Assembly (NCBI GenBank): GCA_963667175.2
Contig: CAXXXF010000003.1
Coordinates: 480,001 to 544,000, forward strand
Direction of reading: 5' to 3'
DNA from: Candidatus Latescibacterota bacterium
Lineage (GTDB): Bacteria > Latescibacterota > UBA2968 > GCA-2709665
Length of the DNA stretch: 64,000 bases
The notes beneath the pieces are model-generated. The model was given only the letters and a program-made list of their open reading frames with translations. It was not told the origin of the DNA and did not search any database. Below, piece after piece: positions 59,116 to 64,000 of this stretch (positions are counted from its first letter, which is position 1; the number at the start of each line of letters is the position of its first letter). Made by a program: the position numbers and the translations under genes.

Positions 59116-60399
59116 ATGCAAACCACAAAACCGCGTTCATTGCTCTCAACCGCATCCTGGGCGATCTACGACTTCTCGGACACCATCTTTTCGGCGTCGA
59201 TCCTGACGTTTTACTTCCCGCTGTGGGTGACGGAGGACAAAGGCGGCACCGACACTCATCTCGGACTCGCGCTGTCGGCGTCGATGTTGATCGTCGCGCT
59301 GACCGGACCGTTTCTTGGCACGCTATCTGACCGTCTCAATCGGCGCGTACCACTGCTCGCGATGAGCGTCGTTTTTTGTGCCGTATTCACCGCGCTGATC
59401 GGCGCCTTTGGCGGCTTGACCACCGGTTTGCTGCTGTTCATCGCGGCAAACTTCATGTACCAGACTGGCATCATCTTCTACAACTCGCTCATCATCAACG
59501 TCAGCTCCGAAGGCGGGCGCGGCATCGTTTCTGGCATTGGAATCGGTGCCGGATACATCGGCTTGATAGCCGCGTTCCTAATCATGCGACCGATCGTCGA
59601 TGACTATGGCAACCAAGCCGCATTCCTTCCGACCGCCGGGCTGTTCGTCCTTTTCGCCTTGCCGTTGATACTCATCGTCAAGGAACCCGGAGCACGCGGG
59701 CACGTAGACAAAACCCTTTTCCAGAACTCCTACCGCCAGCTCTACGAAACCTTCCACCGAGCTCGCGAGCACGTCAACCTGTTCCGATTCCTTGTTGCTC
59801 GTTTCCTGTACATGGAAGCGATAAACACCGTGACTTCGTTCTACGTCTTGTACTTGATCAACGTCGGCGGATTCGACGACACCGAGGCGCAGACCATGAT
59901 CATCGCTGTCGTGGTCATCGCCATCTTCGCGTCTTGGGCGACCGGCTTCCTAGTTTCCAAATTCGGCCCGAAACGCGTTCTGACCACCGCGCTAATTGGA
60001 TGGAGCGCGCTCGCGGTCGTAGCCGTCGTCGCCGATGCCAAATGGACCTTCTGGACGATCGCAATCATCATGGGCGTCTTCTGGGCCGGACCTCAAATCT
60101 CCGATCGCGTGCTGCTCACCTATCTCTCGCCAAACGGGCAAGTCGGCGAGTTCTTTGGACTGTTTCAGATGTCGGGGCGTCTCTCCGCCGTAATCGGCCC
60201 CGCGCTTTGGGGGTTGACGATCTGGGCGCTGTCCGAAACGGGCGAACTCGCCTACCGAGTGGCACTCGCCACCCTCGCAATCTTCCTGATCCTAGGCTTG
60301 CTCGTGCTACGCGGCGTCAAGGTGACCCGCGAGGATTCCGACCTAGACGTGATCGAGCCGGGGGAGGTTGTGGAAATACACGATTCCAGCCCAACGTGA
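59116..60399 (+). CDS. MFS transporter (UMF1/Atg22-like)
   Basis: SWAIYDF, PFLGTLSDR, FYNSL, GEFFGLF. About 12 TM. Confidence 0.9.
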   Translation: MQTTKPRSLLSTASWAIYDFSDTIFSASILTFYFPLWVTEDKGGTDTHLGLALSASMLIVALTGPFLGTLSDRLNRRVPLLAMSVVFCAVFTALIGAFGGLTTGLLLFIAANFMYQTGIIFYNSLIINVSSEGGRGIVSGIGIGAGYIGLIAAFLIMRPIVDDYGNQAAFLPTAGLFVLFALPLILIVKEPGARGHVDKTLFQNSYRQLYETFHRAREHVNLFRFLVARFLYMEAINTVTSFYVLYLINVGGFDDTEAQTMIIAVVVIAIFASWATGFLVSKFGPKRVLTTALIGWSALAVVAVVADAKWTFWTIAIIMGVFWAGPQISDRVLLTYLSPNGQVGEFFGLFQMSGRLSAVIGPALWGLTIWALSETGELAYRVALATLAIFLILGLLVLRGVKVTREDSDLDVIEPGEVVEIHDSSPT

Positions 60400-60510
60400 T
60401 GAACGCGCAAGCGAAACCACCTGATTTGCGAGCGATATCCGTACCCGCGGATAGCAGGGTCGTTCATGAGGGGCAACGTCAACCACCAGCTGCAACGACA
60501 ACCGTGAACT

Positions 60511-60547
60511 GCAACGTCATTCCGGCGGAAGCCGGAATCCATAGGGG
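60511..60547 (+). repeat. REP-like palindrome, left inverted repeat of the GIY-YIG cassette
   Basis: GCAACGTCATTCCGGCGGAAGCCGGAATCCATAGGGG. Confidence 0.85.
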
Positions 60548-60592
60548 ATTGAGTCGGATCTCGGAATAGGTTTGAAACTGGAAATTTATCTC

Positions 60593-60880
60593 ATGCGACC
60601 GAGTTACGTCTACATGCTCGCTTCCAAACGCAACGGCACTTTGTATATCGGGGTAACTTCCGATTTAGTTCAACGGATTTGGCAACACAAAAACGACGTG
60701 GTCGAGGGATTCACCAAACGGTACCGCGTCCATACTCTGGTTTGGTACGAAGAGCATGGGTCAATCCAAGACGCGATTCAGCGCGAGAAAAACATCAAAG
60801 AGTGGAAACGCGCTTGGAAGATCGAACTCATCCAGCAATCGAATCCGTCTTGGCGCGATCTATATTCGGACATCATTTGA
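60593..60880 (+). CDS. Small GIY-YIG nuclease (UPF0213-like)
   Basis: YVYMLAS..GTLYIGVT..RIWQH, FTKRY, AIQREKNIKEWKRAWK. Confidence 0.92.
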   Translation: MRPSYVYMLASKRNGTLYIGVTSDLVQRIWQHKNDVVEGFTKRYRVHTLVWYEEHGSIQDAIQREKNIKEWKRAWKIELIQQSNPSWRDLYSDII

Positions 60881-60934
60881 TGTCTAGCCCTGACGCGCAA
60901 CGGCGTTACCAAGATTAGCTACTGCCGTTCCTCG

Positions 60935-60971
60935 CCCCTCTGGATTCCGGCTTCCGCCGGAATGACGTTGC
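60935..60971 (-). repeat. REP-like palindrome, right inverted repeat of the GIY-YIG cassette
   Basis: Reverse complement of 60511..60547 with one mismatch. Confidence 0.85.
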
Positions 60972-60992
60972 CTGTACCCGCAATAACACGTC

Positions 60993-62132
60993 TCAATAAA
61001 TCCCCGGGAACAGCCGGTACTTCACTCGCTGTTTGTACTCGTTCCACTTCTCGGTCCCGTACTTCTCCTCGCACACCTTGTCGTCGTCGAATTGGCGCCA
61101 GGTGAACAGTGACACGATGAAGATCATGTACGTCCATGCCCACAAGTTTGTGGGGTAGCCGAACACCAAGGCGACCGACAACGCGAGGAATCCCTCGCCC
61201 ATGTAGTTGAAGTGCCGGGCGACGCCCCAGATGCCGCTGTACAGAATCTTGCGGTCGCCGGCGACGATGTATTTTTGCTCGATGATGCCCAAGAACTTGC
61301 GATCGGGCCACCGCTTGAACCAGTACTTCTGCAAGTTGCCGGCGCGCGAGATGCTCCATCCGAACAGGAACAGCACAATCATCGCGCCGAGCAGGATGTT
61401 CGAGACCATCGGCGAATAATCGGGGGCGGGATGCACCGCCATCCCCCACATCGGCAGGATGTACAGCCAGCCGTAGATGATGAGACCGCCCCAGATCAGC
61501 TTGAAGCCGAGATTCTCGTGGATCAGGTCGTAGGTGTAGAGCTGGACGCGCTCAAATATGAAGTAGTCGAAGATGTAGAAGGTGAAGAACGCGGCGTAGA
61601 CGTAAACGCCGAGGTTGGCGTTGTCGCCGTGAAGATCGTGATGGTACGCCGCGCCGGACAGCGCGTTCAGCACCAGCATCGTACCGCCAACGACGTAAAG
61701 ATACATCTTGAAGTCGACGCGGTTGTTGATGAATGAGTGCTCTAACGCCCGGCCGTGCCACCAAGCCAGAAACCAGTTCTTCTCCTCGCCTTGCGGCTGG
61801 CTCCAGAACGCGATGGTCGCAAAGATGGCGCACAGGACCGTTCCGCCGGCAACCGCGTACACCGAAGACTTGTAGAACCATTCGCGCTCCAATCCGAACG
61901 GCTCAATCGCCCACACGGCGATCGCGATCAAAAATATCACCAAACCGTTGAGGCGATAGTCCCTAGGTGCGCCAGTTTTCGCGTCGATGACGTAACCGGG
62001 CACCCGCCTCGCCGGGATGACCAGCTGCGCCACGAAAAACGCGATAAAGACCGCCAACGGGGTGAGGAACCCGGCGATCGCTCCCATTGCGGAAAGCTCG
62101 AATAGATGACTGATACCAAGCCATTCAATCAC
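60993..62132 (-). CDS. ERG4/ERG24 family sterol reductase-like membrane protein
   Basis: YRLNG, TYDLIHENLGFKLIWG, NLQKYWF, SGIWGVARHFNYMGE, DDKVCEEKYG, YRLFPGIY. Confidence 0.88.
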   Translation of the reverse strand: MIEWLGISHLFELSAMGAIAGFLTPLAVFIAFFVAQLVIPARRVPGYVIDAKTGAPRDYRLNGLVIFLIAIAVWAIEPFGLEREWFYKSSVYAVAGGTVLCAIFATIAFWSQPQGEEKNWFLAWWHGRALEHSFINNRVDFKMYLYVVGGTMLVLNALSGAAYHHDLHGDNANLGVYVYAAFFTFYIFDYFIFERVQLYTYDLIHENLGFKLIWGGLIIYGWLYILPMWGMAVHPAPDYSPMVSNILLGAMIVLFLFGWSISRAGNLQKYWFKRWPDRKFLGIIEQKYIVAGDRKILYSGIWGVARHFNYMGEGFLALSVALVFGYPTNLWAWTYMIFIVSLFTWRQFDDDKVCEEKYGTEKWNEYKQRVKYRLFPGIY

Positions 62133-62257
62133 GACGATTTCACCTTTCTCCAGAGACGCAGTCTCCAACGCGCCCATTGGTCAGGCTACAGAATAACCCA
62201 TCCGCGACTGCGCGCAGCGTAAGCAGGAGCCGCTCCGTCAACTGACTGATTACCTCA

Positions 62258-63400
62258 TCAGTAAATCCCGGGGATGATGCGGTACTTGACCTTTGCCTGG
62301 TACTCAGCCCATTTTTCATCGCCGTACTTCTCGGCGCAGAGCCGATCATCGTCGCGTTGCCGCCAGGTGAAGAGCACGAGAACGTAGATGACGTAGAGCC
62401 ACGCCCACATGTTGGTGAAGAAGTAGCCGAATGCCAAAGCCATCGCGACGGCGTAAAACAACTCTCCGAGATAGTTGAGATGCCGGGCGAGCCCCCACAT
62501 TCCGCTGTGCAAGATCTTCCGATCCCCGGCTTGAATGTACCGCGGCTCGATCAAACCCAAAAACTTACGATCTGGCCAACGCTTGAACGTGTACTTCTGC
62601 ATGTTGGCGCCACGCGAGATGATCCAACCCATCAGATACAGCGCTGGCGTGCCGATCAGCAAGACGTACGTCCACAGGTCCGAGAGGTCTGGAGCCGGAT
62701 GCGCCGCCATTCCCCACAGCGGGATGATGAACAGCCAACCGTAGACCATCAGTCCGCCCCAGAACATCTTGAAGCCCAAGTTTTCGTGAATCACGTCGTA
62801 CGTGTAGAGCTGCACCCGCTCGAAGATGTAGTAATCCACTACGTACCACGTCCAGAACGCGGCGTACAAGATGACGCCGGGGTTGAAATCATCACCGTAC
62901 TGTTTGTAGTTGTACGCCGCGCCGGACATTGCGTTGAGGGACAACATCGTCCCTCCCACGACATAGAACCACATCTTGATGTCGACCCGCTCGTTGAAGA
63001 ACGATATCTCCCGAACTCGTCCGTGCCAAAGCGCTAAGAAACGGTTCTTGACCTCGCCTTCTGGGTACCGGAACACGGCAATCAACGAGAAGATGAAAGT
63101 GAAGACCGTACCGCCAGCCACTGCGTACAGCGACGATCGGTAGAACCAGTCGCGCGGCATACCGGTCAACTCGAACCACCAGACCAAGACGGCGATCGCA
63201 AAGACCAGAATCCCGTTCAAGCGGTAGTTTCGTGGCTCGCCCGTCGCCGGATTGATCACGTAACCCGGCACCCGTATCGCCGGCAGGACCGCTTGCGCCA
63301 CGAAGAACACCACGAAGATCGCCAACGGCGTGAAAAACGCCGCGGTGGCTTCCATTGCCGATAGCTCTGTCAGGTGCTCAATGCCGAGCCACTCGATCAT
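62258..63400 (-). CDS. ERG4/ERG24 family sterol reductase-like membrane protein (tandem paralog)
   Basis: YRLNG, YDVIHENLGFKMFWG, GMWGLARHLNYLGE, DDRLCAEKYG, YRIIPGIY. Confidence 0.88.
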   Translation of the reverse strand: MIEWLGIEHLTELSAMEATAAFFTPLAIFVVFFVAQAVLPAIRVPGYVINPATGEPRNYRLNGILVFAIAVLVWWFELTGMPRDWFYRSSLYAVAGGTVFTFIFSLIAVFRYPEGEVKNRFLALWHGRVREISFFNERVDIKMWFYVVGGTMLSLNAMSGAAYNYKQYGDDFNPGVILYAAFWTWYVVDYYIFERVQLYTYDVIHENLGFKMFWGGLMVYGWLFIIPLWGMAAHPAPDLSDLWTYVLLIGTPALYLMGWIISRGANMQKYTFKRWPDRKFLGLIEPRYIQAGDRKILHSGMWGLARHLNYLGELFYAVAMALAFGYFFTNMWAWLYVIYVLVLFTWRQRDDDRLCAEKYGDEKWAEYQAKVKYRIIPGIY

Positions 63401-63565
63401 GGCGGGGTGCCCCTTGCGTTGAAATCATTGAAACGTCGGACATGGGCAAAGACTAACTCAATCATGCGACACCCGTTGACTCAAGAGCGGACCTGCTCCG
63501 CTTTGGAGTACCTCGCGAACCGACCTCTCAATCAAATCTCGAGGGACTTCACCCTTGTTGCGACT

Positions 63566-64000
63566 CTATCCAACCTTGACCACAACGGTATCGAACATCC
63601 GGTCATGCCATCCCCTACCACGATCATCCATCGCCATCCATACATGATTCGCTAGCGTCAAAACCGCCGCAACTCCCCATCCCCAGATCAACCAAAAGAC
63701 TTGCACCGTGCCAAGCAAGTTCGAGTTAAGCATTCCGGCAACAACGAACAGGAACGGCACCGGCAAAAAGATCGCAAACAGCAAAGGGCTACCCAAAAAC
63801 AGCCTCGCCAACGCGCGGACCCTACCGATCCGGTTCCCATCGGTAGCCACTATTCGCAGCCCAAACAGACGATGTCCAAACGTGTCCCCTTTCGACGAAA
63901 CCCTGATCCCCGTTGCTACATGCCCAAAAATCATGACCACGACCGCCACTGGCAACCCGAAGTAAACGAGCCCTGCCGTGAAATTCACTTGAAACGAATA
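63566..64000 (-). CDS. RDD family membrane protein (probably partial at window edge)
   Basis: GDTFGHRLFGLRIV, RALAR, RGWHDRMFDTVVV. Confidence 0.8.
   Translation of the reverse strand, partial: YSFQVNFTAGLVYFGLPVAVVVMIFGHVATGIRVSSKGDTFGHRLFGLRIVATDGNRIGRVRALARLFLGSPLLFAIFLPVPFLFVVAGMLNSNLLGTVQVFWLIWGWGVAAVLTLANHVWMAMDDRGRGWHDRMFDTVVVKVG

Noticed and set aside
1-64000. CRISPR array or cas genes
   Set aside because: No regularly spaced direct repeats with unique spacers and no Cas-like ORFs seen. The repeats are dispersed palindromes.

Overview
GC-rich bacterial DNA that looks like two different segments joined at about 46,740. The left part (1-46.7 kb) looks diderm, tentatively Latescibacterota/Gemmatimonadota-like. 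It carries sugar/amine catabolic genes (Gfo/Idh/MocA, class-III aminotransferase, M20 deacylase, a GH106-like protein), an accessory strip of small genes with toxin-antitoxin remnants (17-27 kb), and housekeeping genes (trmJ, bioF, rfbB, rfbC, uvrA, hemL). It also has a family of MITE-like repeats invaded by nested hairpins. The right part (46.7-64 kb) looks Chloroflexota/SAR202-like by gene content: HpcH aldolase, SDH Clp-fold protease, VapBC45-like TA pair, tandem sulfatases, GYD protein, Cache lipoprotein, tRNA-Ile, REP-flanked GIY-YIG and tandem ERG4/ERG24 sterol reductases. The most notable observations are (1) an in-frame Lnt-TatC fusion with both sets of signature motifs intact, (2) a 68-nt tRNA-Arg(UCG)-like gene that lacks its D-arm but keeps a promoter, CCA end and terminator, (3) nested palindromic mini-elements, and (4) the probable chimeric junction. 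Taxonomy and family calls come from recognising motifs by eye, not from database searches.
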